Source of the DNA: Klebsormidium nitens
Lineage: Eukaryota; Plantae; Klebsormidiophyceae
Reading direction: 5' to 3'
NCBI GenBank assembly: GCA_000708835.1
Contig: DF237131.1
Coordinates: forward strand, 26,882-90,881
DNA length: 64,000 bases
A program made the position numbers and the translations under genes. Shown piece by piece: positions 35,562 to 48,057 of the stretch; the stretch's first letter is position 1, and the number at the start of each line of letters is the position of its first letter. Under the pieces are notes generated by a model. The model saw only the letters and a program-made list of their open reading frames with translations. It had not been told where the DNA came from and made no database searches.

Positions 35562-38500
35562 CACAGTGTTTCTTCGTGCTCTGATCACCATCCGTGGTTT
35601 TTAAGCAGCTTCGCGTACAGATGAGTTTCTCAATTAACCATGAGCTTGAGATGTATTTTAGTCACACGGTCAAGCTATCACAAGGTATAGCTAAGGAGTC
35701 ATCACTTGATTGATCATTTGCGAAGCGCAGACACAGCGCTCGAGTAGAAGGGGGTCAAAGTGAAACGGTGACGGGGTACTTGGGGTACTTACGTTGCTGA
35801 CAAGGAGCTAAGCAATGAGGTAGAATGCTTCCTGAATTGATTCTTAGCCTAGTCGGAGTTTCAAGATAGGCCACCCGCCCAACTATTTATGCGACCGAGT
35901 CAAGACCATTACTATCAAAAAGTATTGGTAGCTTTGAATATGGAGCCATCAAGTTCTGCGGCACATGCACTGGTATAGTGATTGGACTGGATTTTACATC
36001 CCGTTGCAAGCATAAGGCCATGCTCTAGCCAATCCATTAGTAGCCCGGCATGCATGATTTAATAGGGCTTATACTTGTTTTCAACCGCCGTCTTCGACTG
36101 CCTACTCGATCCGGCCACGCATGTCGAGGCCGGGGCGCTTACGTTCGAATCAAGCCGGCCTCGCCGATCGGCTCCCCCGGAGTTGCTTGCTGAAGTGCCC
36201 TTCAAGTTCTACCGTATGTGTCTGTTTAAATGCCCTTCATGAGCAAAAAGGCTTTCTGTGTTAGGTGAAGTGAGCTTGAGGTATCGAAAGCTGATCATGC
36301 TAAAAGTCGATAGCGATCGGTGCATGTAACGGTCTTTGCAAAAGCCAAGAGCCGCAAACCTTTCCCTAATACCTAGGGAGCGTTGCCTCCTCATAGGAGC
36401 CAAATCGGAGCAACTCGCGGGCCCGAAAAGTGGCGGACGAACCGGATATGGGCCCCGGTTGGAGGCCGGTTCACAGAGAACTGGAACTCGCAATTCGGAG
36501 CCGTTCTGAGTCCCGAACCGAATCTCTATCATCAGCGAATCCACCTTGAACCGGGGGCCTACTAAAGCCCCGGTTGATTTGCCAGATTAAAGAAGCGAGA
36601 TGCTCCAATTCGCTCCCGGTTCAGGTCGAGACGCCCTGTTTCTGAGACGCGGCAAGGCGCCATACGACGGCTCCTTCGCGTCGCGCATTGAATTTACCTC
36701 GGTTTCCGGAAGCTGACTCCATCACTCTGATTCCAGCGCTCATTTCTTAGAAAGAGACAAACGCTTCTGCCAAAGTGCATCTCCTCCTGAGGCTTGCGTG
36801 GGCGAGCCGTTATTCATTTCTTCCAGAGCAGCCGGAAAAAATTGCAGTTCCGTTGCCCTTGACGTTGTTCTTGCGATTGTTAAGTGTGGTTTTGATTCAG
36901 TTCTGTTCGCAAGATGATGGCGCACTCCGTTGCGGGAGCTTTCCCCCGAACAGCTTACGAAACAGCCCATCCTCTGAAATAGGACGCTCGAAAGTGTGAC
37001 CGATGATCGGTAGCAAGTGTTGGCTTTCGCGCTCAAAACGTCCTCAAAGCACCAGCTCTCTGCAAAGGGGCAAACAAAGGATGCGACATCATCATGATGC
37101 GAGACGATATCAGCGGGAAGCAATGCTAGGTCCATTGCAGTTATCGCGAACGTGGAATGAAGAAGCCTGTTCCGTGCCTGAGTAACCCGCTCCTGAAGTT
37201 GGTCGGACCTGCAAGACTGAGAAGACTCTCGAATACAAGCCCATTGTTAAGGAGTGCAATCCACACTTCTGGAGTTCTTAGACGTGCACCTTGAGTATCA
37301 AAGCGCTCTTTCCAACAGACACTGATATTTGCCTGGCAGAACCTTTGAGTCAAACTGCCAGCTTGTGAGCGAGGTAACATCCTCCATCTGCTTCCTCATC
37401 TGAACAAACTCTTCTTTTCTGAGGTGCAGAAAAACCTTCTCTTTTCTATCCGTGAACCTCGAAATCACGGATCACACACCTTGACCCTTCGACTCGTCCC
37501 GCCATGTTGCACGCGTACGACAGACCCAAAGAAATGTCTTACCGTTCAAGTTTCAAGAAAAGACGCTGCAATCCTTTCAAAGCAGTATTTGACGCTCCGC
37601 GTTCTGACGCTGGCGCTCGTGGATGGGCCACTGCGGATTGTTTTTCTGACTCCAAAATATCTGAACGTTGGATGTCTTGAAAAAAGCCGTTCGCACCTCG
37701 CCCGAATCTTGGCTCCCACCCCCGTGGTACGCTAGTCGATCTACCAGACTATGTTCTAGCACCCGGAGGGAGGGTCGGCGTAACTTTGTTCAGGTGCGCC
37801 CTGTTGTACCTGAGTAAGATTGCTGTAAGATTGATTGTCCAGCATAGGTACGGACTTCCGCAAGGGCGTCCCGGATCCGGGCCGGATCAAGAGCGGAACG
37901 GAGCACAGTGTGCTGACTCAGAAAGTCTAAGCCTGCTGAGTCCGCTCATTTGCGATGACTTGCTGGTCAGCTTGCCTGGCGGAACAAGGAACATGGAGAG
38001 TCACGTTTGTGAAGCGGTCAGACATATCTAGGACACCTTGTTCGAATGTAGACGCCTACTGTTCCACATCAATGGCTTCTCTTAGAGTGACCCCTACATT
38101 CTAGTTGATTGCATCCGCTTTTCTCTTGTATACAACGTTCGAATGCAGTCATTAAATCCTTCATAGAATGTCAAAAGCAGCAGTCGACCAGGATTTGAGC
38201 AAACTTTTTAAGCTGGAGTTCGGTGGCTTAGCAGCTTGCAGTGCGACAATATTGCTCCAAATCAGTCTGACCAATGTGGAGCCGGGAAGTGGGGCTCAAA
38301 CAAGTCGAACAAGGTAAGGAGATGGTTTTGTTCAGCACACATGCTCACAAGTCTGACAATACCTCTCTGGAATTGGTTGCTAACGAGACGATACTCAATG
38401 CAATTTGCAGGGTGAAAAGACACTCAGTGCTGTCTGTGCGATAGGTAGGCAAGTCATGACAGGGGAGCAGCAAAGTTTCTTGTCGGTGCACACAAAAGTG

Positions 38501-38821
38501 CCTGCCCCAATGTCAAGTGGACGTCAATGGCTCCACAAGGTAAGGGGAATTGTATCTCTATATTGCTGACAGAAAAAGAAGATCTTTCCATTAGGGGCGG
38601 AGAATCTGACAAAGACTGGGAGCGGGTTCTGCTCCCAGATTGAGCAACGACGTCGTAACGCATCTAAATACTGTCAAACACATTTACTTGCTTCAGTAAG
38701 CTTGTGAATTGGTGATAGGAATCAGTACAACAGATGTAGCCTACATTGATGAATGCCATGCCTTTTTCTTGTCGGTTTGCAAGTTCCCGAGTTCGCCGCT
38801 GCGGTGTCGCAGCCATGAGGA

Positions 38822-40081
38822 GTGCCAACCCTAGAAGATTCCAAGTACAAAACCACTCGTCATCATCATCATCATGATAATCTTTCAGACTCCTGCAAAG
38901 GTACTCTGCATCCTGAGCAGATAGCTGACGTACGTGGAAAGGGTGCTTCAATGTGCACGCATTTCCTCTTTGCAGGTAGCAGGCATCCTGTTGAGAACAA
39001 TTCAAGTATCAGTACTGGCGAAGGGCCACTCAGGTTAGACCTCAAGCGGCCCTCCTTCAAGCATGGGCTGTTTCGTGAGCAGTCCGGCAAATCCCCTGGA
39101 ACGGAGCGAGCCATCATTGTGCGATCAGAAGTCAGTCAACCCACTCCCACCAACTCTCGCAAGAGCGCGGGAATGGGTACCCTTCCGGCTACTCCAGGGA
39201 AGAGGGAAGACGGCTCGCCGACGCAAGCTTTGGGACAGGAAAACGGAACCACGACGTGGCAGGACAAGTTGCCTGCCTCTGAGAGGGAAGCGCTAGAGTT
39301 AGAGGGATGGGGTCGCCTTTCGGAGACTCAGGTGAACGTTATGCGCGACTCGAAACGGCGCGCGAAGGAAGCGTCTGATGCCGCCTTGCCGCGTCTCAGA
39401 AAGAGGTTTGCAAAACTGGGTTTCGATGAAGACCAGCTAAACGTCCTGCGTCACATAGCGGAGAAGGCGCCGATCGTGATCCACTTCAACCCCGACCGTC
39501 GGATGGGCTGGTTCACCAATCGGACGGTCCTGAAGGCTTTCCTGTCCGACACGCACTACCGCAACAAGTACGAGACTGGCGTCTCGGGAGCGTGGAACCG
39601 TGGCCGGGACCAGAAAGAGAGGAAACTGTTCGGGGGTCTGTATCACCAGTCCTGGGGACCCCCTGGTTGGGAACGGCCAAAATACGGGGCCCTCAAGGGC
39701 CTTCCCGTGGGGAACACATTCTTCAGCATTTTCGGGTCTTGCCACTTCGAGCTCCAGAATGACGTCCGCAAGCGCTGTACGTTCGGTTACGGGGTGACGT
39801 CAGATGATCTGAAGCAGACGCCCGGCACGTGCGAGCACTTCGCGCACGTTCTGGCGAGGTGCGGAAAGGACCAAATCCGATGGCTCGTGGCGGTCTCGGA
39901 GAAGCGCTCGTTTGCTCACTGGTCTGAGCCTCACCTTGCAATAGAAGCTCAAATTCATGGGCCGATACAGTTGAAGAAGGACATTAGAGAGGTCCGGTTC
40001 CGCGCTTTCAAGCCGCGGAAAACGCAGAAGCGTCTCCAGCAACTAGCGGAAGCGAACGGTTTCGCAATCAGTAGCTGCTAG
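38822..40081 (+). CDS. DUF3626-like protein in a single long exon (true start uncertain: first ATG 38951, or spliced in via the acceptor near 38975)
   Basis: 420-codon open frame. C-terminal ~250 aa carry IHFNPDR, YRNKYETGVSG, ERKLFGGLY, ERPKYGAL, FGSCHFEL..DVRKRCTF, GT..F.HVL and IEAQIHG.I..KDI, which I recall as the DUF3626 pattern. Not verified by HMM. Confidence 0.7.
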   Translation: MPTLEDSKYKTTRHHHHHDNLSDSCKGTLHPEQIADVRGKGASMCTHFLFAGSRHPVENNSSISTGEGPLRLDLKRPSFKHGLFREQSGKSPGTERAIIVRSEVSQPTPTNSRKSAGMGTLPATPGKREDGSPTQALGQENGTTTWQDKLPASEREALELEGWGRLSETQVNVMRDSKRRAKEASDAALPRLRKRFAKLGFDEDQLNVLRHIAEKAPIVIHFNPDRRMGWFTNRTVLKAFLSDTHYRNKYETGVSGAWNRGRDQKERKLFGGLYHQSWGPPGWERPKYGALKGLPVGNTFFSIFGSCHFELQNDVRKRCTFGYGVTSDDLKQTPGTCEHFAHVLARCGKDQIRWLVAVSEKRSFAHWSEPHLAIEAQIHGPIQLKKDIREVRFRAFKPRKTQKRLQQLAEANGFAISSC

Positions 40082-40993
40082 TCTCGTGAGGCTTTGACGT
40101 AGGACTTAGCGAGCTAATCTATGTTGATCTAGAGACTCATAATCGATCATCGGACAGGATGCTAGTTTTATTGTGCAATAAGAACTCGGTTGCATTTATT
40201 TACGTGCTCGAAGAGTGTGATAAAGATGACGAGGCGGCACGAGCGCTCAACAGGCGATTAAAACCGACCCGTCGTGATTCTTTCAGGTTCGTTGTAATAT
40301 TAGCAGCGGCTTCAGGTCTCGAGCTTTCTTATAGAATCTATATTCTGCTGCATGTACATACAAAAACAAACGGACGAATAGGCGTGATCGGTGCCGCAAA
40401 TGTAGATGAATTCCTTTTCTTAATAAAATACTGTCGAATTCGACGCCGTGTACACATATTAGTAGTTTGTGGACCGTCACAAATCAACCATGCATGATTG
40501 AAGAGTCCATGTTGGACGGGAATTCTATGTTATACCTTCCTTCGGCGGCTTGCAACATATTCGCTAATTCCTAGAGAAGAGACCAACACTGAGTCGATTT
40601 TTGCAAGGCGTTGCAGAGGAATTGATTTCAAGAGAGTGACTAGCTGCGGATGGAAAGTCGACTATGACTTGAAACGACCTTGATCGGCCGGCTTAATTGT
40701 ATCCATCAGTCGTAAGACCTATACGCCATATTCAAAGCCCTCTAGCCGCCGCCGACTATCGTACACCACCGAAGCCCGCTAGCTTATGCGGAGAACTGTC
40801 CGCGCATTTTTGGCTGCGCTTCCGAAGTTCCTTACGAGTGGGCATGGTGCGTGCGAGCTAGTTCCACTTTAAACGTCGGAAGTGAAGAGCTGCGGTTCTG
40901 GCCTTCTACTATATGAGAGGACCAGCTCGTGAGAAGGCACTAATGATCCGTACATAATGACCCGTTGACTGTCGAGAAAAGCAATACGTTTGC

Positions 40994-41397
40994 ATAGCAG
41001 GCCGTTTAGTAAGAAGCTCTTTTTGCATGCCAGGCATCCTTTTTGAAGGCTTGCCAGGACCGTTCCCTAAAGTTTAAGAAAGGAGGCCCAGATATGCAAT
41101 CAAGCATCTAAGGTCAGATCGTCGAAAAGCGCCATGGCACGCCCAATATCATAGTATTTACCAAAGCCAAAACGTATACTGTCAATTCTGATCAAATGAT
41201 ACTGGACACATGTGTTGGTCCGTTTTGGAGTCGGTCATGCGTCTATCGAACCTACAATCCTGCCTTCCTAGACACTGGGGTACGTCCATTTTATGGCAAG
41301 AGCCCGCTGCTCTCGCCAACAGATCGATTTGATCTAAGCTCTTAGCCTGTCTTTAGTATATACACGCTAATTGCTGACTCTACTAAGCAAATCTATC
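40994..41397 (+). repeat. ~400-bp direct repeat, copy 1
   Basis: Collinear similarity with 47631-48030, including caagcatctaaggtcagat, gtctatcgaacctacaa and atggcaagagcccgctgctc.cgccaacagat. Confidence 0.9.
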
Positions 41398-41801
41398 GAC
41401 AATCAAACGGTATTCGTGGACGAATATATGTGCACGGCCTGATTGTTGGGATTTCATCGTCCGCTTTCCGAACACATGAAGACTTTATCCGATCTTGTCA
41501 GAAGTACGGCTAACTCGGACCGCGTATTTTGCAGCCTGTCCAATGCGCTCTTCCAACTCGTTTGTAGCCCTGCAAATGAGTAATAATAACAGCAATCAAG
41601 TTTAGGCGACTGGGCAAGTGCTATTGGAAAGGCGTAGACAACTGCGTTCTTTTCGAGGGAATTACACGTGTTTCCAAGGTTTTCTTCGTGGTCAGAGCAG
41701 ATTCGACTTGCATGATCAGGCACACTTGTGAAGAGGCCACTCGGGAAACAGGACGAAACTGATGACCATACAAGACTGTGTTCCACGAAAAACCGTTTTG
41801 A

Positions 41802-44800
41802 TTACTGCACAAAAGCGTGCGTACGATGTTGCCACCCCTGGTGAAATAGGCAGAATGTTGATAGAACTGGCTTCAAATAAGTGTCAGGCATAATAACCCG
41901 ATAACTCATACTCCCATGGGAGTGAAAGAAAGGCATTCTTGATTTGGACGAATAGCCGGGCGACACGTCAGCATTCAGCTCGTCACGAGAGCGGCTTACC
42001 AGCGACTCAAAGAGCGGCACGGACCCGACGTTGGTACCGCTGACGTAAGCGTACGACGTCCACCCACGCGCCAGCTGCTGCTTGGCCAACAGCGTGACGA
42101 CAGCACGCCCCAGGCCGCTTCTTCGATGGCCCTACGGATAGAAATTAAAAACCTCAACGCTCGTCGCTTAGACAGCGGTGCAAGTCAGTCCCAGTACTGT
42201 TCTGAGTCCAAAGCGGAGCCGAGAAACGTCTGTGATGCTCCCAGGTCGGCAAAAGGCGGAATCGAAGAGGTCTCCAGTAGACACGTCAGAAGGTAGCTCG
42301 TTAGGAAAGGTCGCGTTTCAGTTCCCCAAAGTTTCATCTCCTTTCCTCAGTAACGAGGCAACGAGACAGGGCCAAAGCGGATATAAACATCCCTATCTTG
42401 TCGGCTTCCTGTTTCACGTCAGGAGATGCTGACAGGTGGGGTCAAAAATGCGAAGCGACCTGTCATCCACGTGAGACTGCGGAACCAACTACCAGCTTAC
42501 AATTGAATTCTGACAGACCACATAGTCAGCCATCTCTTTTCTTGGCCACACAGAGCAAGCGAAGTGTCGGCACTTCCTTTTTGGGATTTTTCTGGGTAAG
42601 TTTGCCAAAGCGGGGTAAATGCAAGGTAGATGACAGACTGCCGCCGAGTCGGCCACACTTCCCTCCTTCGAAGCGTTGGTGAGAAATTGCGCAATCGAAC
42701 GTGGACCCTAGAAATGACGCGTTTTGGGCGCTGGCAACAAGCGGTCACCTATCAGATCGCGCTTTCGGCCGGACTTAAGAGAGAGGCGGCCGTTACCGCC
42801 GCACACATATACATCTAAGTTGTGACAGCCGAATGAGTCAAATGTGCGTAAGGCAAAACTCGAACTGAAAGTGAAAGAGGTTCGTGAAAAAGAGAACCGC
42901 CTTCCTTCCGAGCACGTGGGCAAACTAGAAGCAGGAGCGCTTTGAAAAGACAGCTGCCTAGGCACCCTGGAGCGGCACTACAGCGGGCCGCTTCTCGGAA
43001 AATGGCGTAAAATTTTTCAAGGGATCCCCTTTGGATAGAGTGCACGCTCGCCAAATCTAGCCTGGCTTGGGACGGCCCCAGCGCAACTAGGACGGAAGAA
43101 CGTTCTCAACGGGGCTTTCTCACCGGACGCATCGCTTCCGCAGAAAATGTGGCTGCTAACCAGGTTACAAACAGACTTGTGTCCTGGACAAGTAACCCGG
43201 CTTTTAACCTGGTTCCAACGCTGGTTACCGCCCAAGTTTGGTTGTTTGACATATAACCACTTTCTAACCAGCCCACAACCAGCCCAGAACCATCTATGGT
43301 CAAGAGCCGAAAAGTCCTGTGTTCAGGGTTCAGGACCGTTTCAGGGGGGCGCGAAATGGAGGCCTTACCGGCATGACGTTGAGCATTCCCAGGGCCAGGT
43401 AAGGTTGCGTCAGCGCCCACGCCACGAGGGTCCCGTCTGACATCAGCCGCGCCGCGACGGACGGGAGACCACAACTCAGAATCGTCCGGACATAGGCCGC
43501 GGTGCACGGGTAGGTCACGTGCTTCGCGACCTGGCGACACGTTACAAGGAAGGATTGGGCAAAGAGCTTTCGTCATGGCTGGAAGGGACACTTTTTCAGA
43601 TGCCGAATGACGGAGGCGAATCGGGGAGAAGTGCAATTTGTTGAAAGCGGATACATTCTGATTTCACAACGTTGATGTGACTGACACGCCACCTGCTTTG
43701 ACGGCCAGAACAGAGTTCACGAATGTCCACTCGCTAGAGCGATCAGAGAACCAAACAGCAAGAAACGATCGCCGATCCAAGCGCCTGCGGTCAAAGAACA
43801 GGCCATTGCGTGCAAGACCCTTCCGACGTCCGCCCAGATGCAATCGCAGTTGTTCGTTCTTACGGACTGAGGTGCCGATGCCACGCGTCAGTCTGACGTA
43901 CCGCTCTCTTCTCACGTTGGTGGATTCGTCCTTGGCAGCGGCCAGACCACTTGTCGCAGCGAGAAAAACCACGGCAATGACTGCTGCTGACGTCTGATAC
44001 AGGCACACCGGTCAAGGCTTGTACGACAGATGATTGTCAAGAAAGATCATACTAAGCCATGATTATAATAAGCCGGAGCGAAAACTAAAAATCCAAAGCC
44101 AAAAATATACCTGCTCCGCACCCATACAAACCCTAACAAACAAGCTAACCCTACCCGTCCCAGTGCGGTTTCCTTAATATCATACCGGCTTATTTGGGTT
44201 TTTCTTGACTTCAATGTACGACAGGTGTAAACCAATGAACCGTTCTCCATTTCAAGCGTGCGTATGCACAGTGCCTCGGAAGGCGCACCACCCGCAGGTG
44301 TGAAGGGGCTCACCAGCTCCGCGTCCTCAGGCGCCACCGGCCCATAAGTGAGCCCCTCTCGCGCGCAGTCTGTTCCTGAGGAGAGCGCATTTACACCTTC
44401 CGGGCTGAGAACGAAGACGTCGGAATGAGAGTCGTTGTAGAAAGTGTAGTCAGAGCGGAGAGCATCTAGAATGGCGGGCTCGACGCCTGTAAAATCCAAC
44501 AGAGGCGTCGATAAGCTATGGGTGGTACGGCCGTGAAATGCAGAAAAGCCGACACGGAGGGCGATGAGGAAGAAGACAAATGAAGAGAATATAGAAAAGA
44601 CCGACGAGCACAAGGTCAAGGAGTCCGGTTCAATAGTCAAGCGGGGACGCTATAGGGGACGGAAGGGAGTATTGGTTGTATTCTTCCCGCGTGAAATTAA
44701 CCTGAGGTCGCCTTTGAATCAAAGGCTTCTTAAAAAGAACGAGGCATAAGAAGTGGAGTACTCGGTATCTCTTGCACTGAGAATGAGAAAAGACCAACAG

Positions 44801-47040
44801 CAAGGGCGGCACATACTGTAAATTGACGACAGTTCCCAGATGTACGAGCCAGACTCCCGTAACTTTCGAGTACGTGCTTCGAGAGACCGAGGTGTTTGAC
44901 GCTCATAAGCAGTGCGATTGTAGACAAGAACCGTCAGATTGTGTACCTGTTACATTCTGCAAAGAGCGTTGAGGTCCGTCAACTTGAGCAAGGACCAAAT
45001 CGGACAGAAGATAACCGGGTCCATCGTTTGGTGCTTCCAGATTTCTTCCAACCGTCGCCTCCGTGCCCAGACCATATACCATTATAACCTTCCAAATATA
45101 TTGACCAACTTATATATGCTTGGAATAAGAGCGCATTGTGCCGCTTTCCATTCCCGTCCTCGTCGCTCAATAAAATTCCTCACGCTACAGACCAGGCGAC
45201 GAAAATGACAGAGCGCCACCACTTCATACTTTGAAAGCTTTCCATGCATTTTTATTCCAGTCCCCATCCGTACCTCCCAGCCAAAACTCGGGAATCCGAA
45301 ACGCTGGGTGTGCAAAGAACTCGGCAGCAGCGGCATCGTCCTCCGTCCACACGGCACGCACGGGGCATTCGAAGGACGGGAGCCGTTCTTCGTGCATGAT
45401 CACGCGGAAGTCTGGCCATCTGCATTGGCAATGCTTGTATTTGTCAGTGCAGCTATGGTCGTTTCTGAGATGTTCAGTCATCTGGCTGAAAAGATGTACG
45501 GCGGTCAGCTTTAATTTCACGTACGCGGACGGTTGGGCGTGGAAGTCAAGTCAGGATTCGTCTATATTTCGTTTCAATGAAGCGGTGACAAAGAGTTGGC
45601 TATCGGTGGCCCAAAACTTCCACCCAAAATCCTGACACTGGACACAAAATCAGGTCGAGTTGCAGTATAACGGCGTGCTTTTTGGGGCACTGCATATGCG
45701 AAGATTGAGTCAACATGAACTGGTAGAAAGTCGGTCAAGCCTGGCTGGCTGTCAATCAGCTTCTTTGAGGGTCAAGATCTTGTCAGCCAGCCAGCTTAAA
45801 AGGGAACCACTACAGAAGCGCCAAGTCCAACTGCCTTGTGAAAAGTCGGAGAATCATGACGATGGGGGTGCCTGTAAACACAATTTTCAGACGTCGCTCA
45901 AACAAGGGTTCAACACTGTAAAGCTGCCCTAAGGCCCTGAAAACTCTTGCTTGGCTAAGATGTGAGGTTACTGATGAGTATAATTTCTTAAAATTGTTAA
46001 TCAATCTCAAGGGAGTGTTGCGGCCCAGCCAAAATTTTCCATTGGAGCACTTCTTTAAGAGACAGTTAGAATCTGGAAGAGTCACTCGGTAGGATGGATG
46101 AAGTTTGCAACACCATTCTTTCAAAAAAGTGATTTCGTTGCCCTTGCTAGGTTCTAGCCACTAATCAGGAGTGTCACTACAATCTGAATTGCAGAGCTAC
46201 CACTAACAACAATGATAAGCCAGACTGACACTGCAGAAGAGCTCGTTCTTGTTAACAAGCTGGGAGAGCAGGTTTGAACGTGGGCCCCTCTCTCCACATG
46301 TACCACTTGACTACCGCACACGCATTACGTATTCTGAATGTTTGATATGGCGACGAAGACAAAAATGTCGCACTTTATATACGTGGCCCGTTTGGGGTCA
46401 CCGGCACGAGTATGTTCCAATCCTAACTTGCATTATGTTTGTTTTTCAATCAGTCACAAGAAATATCGGCGGCATTGCTCATATTGTCATCAGCTTCTGG
46501 TGCACAACAACATATGAAGCTAATTGAGCATCAAACATGTAATTTAAACCAAGTCCAACATCCAGTCCTAGGGCAAGCTGGATAGTTCTCAGGCTTTCCA
46601 CACTAAGGGGCACTTTTTGCACATGGACATGTCTTATGGTTTCTGTCACCGCAGCCCCCTGAAAGATTTAGGATGTTCCGCGTTTTCACAGTTGCACCAC
46701 TCAGTAACACTACTACCAGTCTATCTTCCTCCAGAGCCTAAAAGTCGAGTCCTCATTTGTCCACGCAGATGCTGCCAGTCCAAGTGCACTCTGTAAGCAC
46801 CGGCCTACATTATTTTTACTATCACCTCTGCCAAACAGAGACACTTTTGTGACAACATTCTTACCTGTCCACGTACCAATGCTGCCGGTCAACGTTGTCT
46901 GCCGTGCGCCCCTCCTCTCGCATGACTTCTTCCGCCACAAGGGATCCATGCACATTGGACGGGGGGTACGACTTGCCCGCCAGCTTCGCGTTCAGACCCT
47001 TCAGCAGCTGCGGCAGATCCGCCTTCCCCAACTGATGCAT
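41802..47040 (-). CDS. GNAT acetyltransferase, glycine-N-acyltransferase/FR47-like (exons 47040-46877, 45485-45274, 44486-44314, 43530-43369, 42131-42000, 41837-41802)
   Basis: Motifs RWPDFRVI, LVAWALTQPYLALGMLNVMP-GHRRSGLG (acetyl-CoA-binding R/Q-x-x-G-x-G) and YAYVSGTNVGSVPLFESLG. Phases are consistent. An acceptor at 47043 suggests a possible extra upstream exon. Confidence 0.8.
44113..44161 (+). repeat. Dispersed repeat core, intronic, flanked by a short inverted repeat (aataagccgg ~44066 / ccggcttatt ~44185)
   Basis: gctccgcacccatacaaaccctaacaaacaagctaaccctacccgtccc matches the family core. Confidence 0.55.
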
Positions 47041-47630
47041 TTCTGTTGACTATGGTTCACCCGACAAAATGCTGACCTCAAGAATGCTGGCGGTATAGGA
47101 GCTTGCAGCGTCACTATGCAACGCCAAAGCTTATGGCAACCAGTGCCTGCTCTTAGTCTTGCTGAAACCCGATTGTGCTGCTAGTGTCCCAATGGCAAAA
47201 GGGTTGGGGCAGGGAGTCAACTACAGCCCTGCAGCGCCCTGGCCGCCAGAATCTGCATGAGCTTTCAGAGCAACTTTTGTTGTTGTGAACAGTCTGGCAT
47301 ATGCAATTCATCAGCTGGAAATTGCAGACTCGCACGTTCACCTGAGGGTGAAGCGGGAACTCCCGGGTACGAGTCGCCGGGAAAATTTACCCTTTTGGGG
47401 CCCCGGTTACTGTCTCGGGCGTTTCGCTTGGGGGATCCCTTGACCTTCAGTTGTGTGCACACTGCAGCGGCCCCTTGGCCCTGGGAGCTGCGTACACATC
47501 TGGACAGTCGCCTGCTGCCGCCTCTGATGGGCCAGCATCGTCAGGCAGGCGCCGCCGTTTCGAAAGGGAACTATCCACACATGTTGAACGATCCGCTATT
47601 ACTGCTACGTAAAACAATAAATTTACACTG

Positions 47631-48030
47631 ATAGCAGGCCGTCTACTTTTAAGCTATCATTGCATGCCATGCAGCCTTGAAGCGAAGACTTGCCAAGACC
47701 GTTCTTTAAACTTGAAAAGAGAGGGCCTGGATACGTACGCAAGCATCTAAGGTCAGATGGTCAAAATGCCCCATGGCACGCACGATAACTATAAAGTCAA
47801 TCCATGAACTGTCAATTTTAAATAAGTGCAGATATTGGTCAGATGTGTTGGTCCGTGATGAAGTCGGTTAGACGTCTATCGAACCTACAAACCTGCTTTT
47901 TCAGACGCTACTGGAGTACGTGCTTTTCATGGCAAGAGCCCGCTGCTCCCGCCAACAGATTCGATCCTAAGCATTTAGCCTGTCTTTTGTATTTACATGC
48001 TAATCGCTGACTCTATTGAGCACCTCTATT
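47631..48030 (+). repeat. ~400-bp direct repeat, copy 2
   Basis: Same orientation as copy 1, with many substitutions and small indels. Confidence 0.9.
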
Positions 48031-48057
48031 GAGTGTGATCGCTTTAACTACTAAGTA

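Noticed and set aside
36126-36162. Hairpin containing gttcgaatc (tRNA T-loop/B-box-like)
   Set aside because: No acceptor stem, D arm, anticodon arm or A-box could be built, so it is not a tRNA. Evidence for a SINE is insufficient.
36700-38320. Exon-like fragments between arsH and the DUF3626-like ORF
   Set aside because: No recognisable domain and no consistent spliced frame. Some may be 5' exons of the DUF3626-like gene.
43664-44008. Overlapping 100+ aa ORFs on both strands inside the GNAT gene
   Set aside because: Intronic, with no codon bias or motifs. Most other short ORFs in the track are likewise shadows of GC-rich exons.
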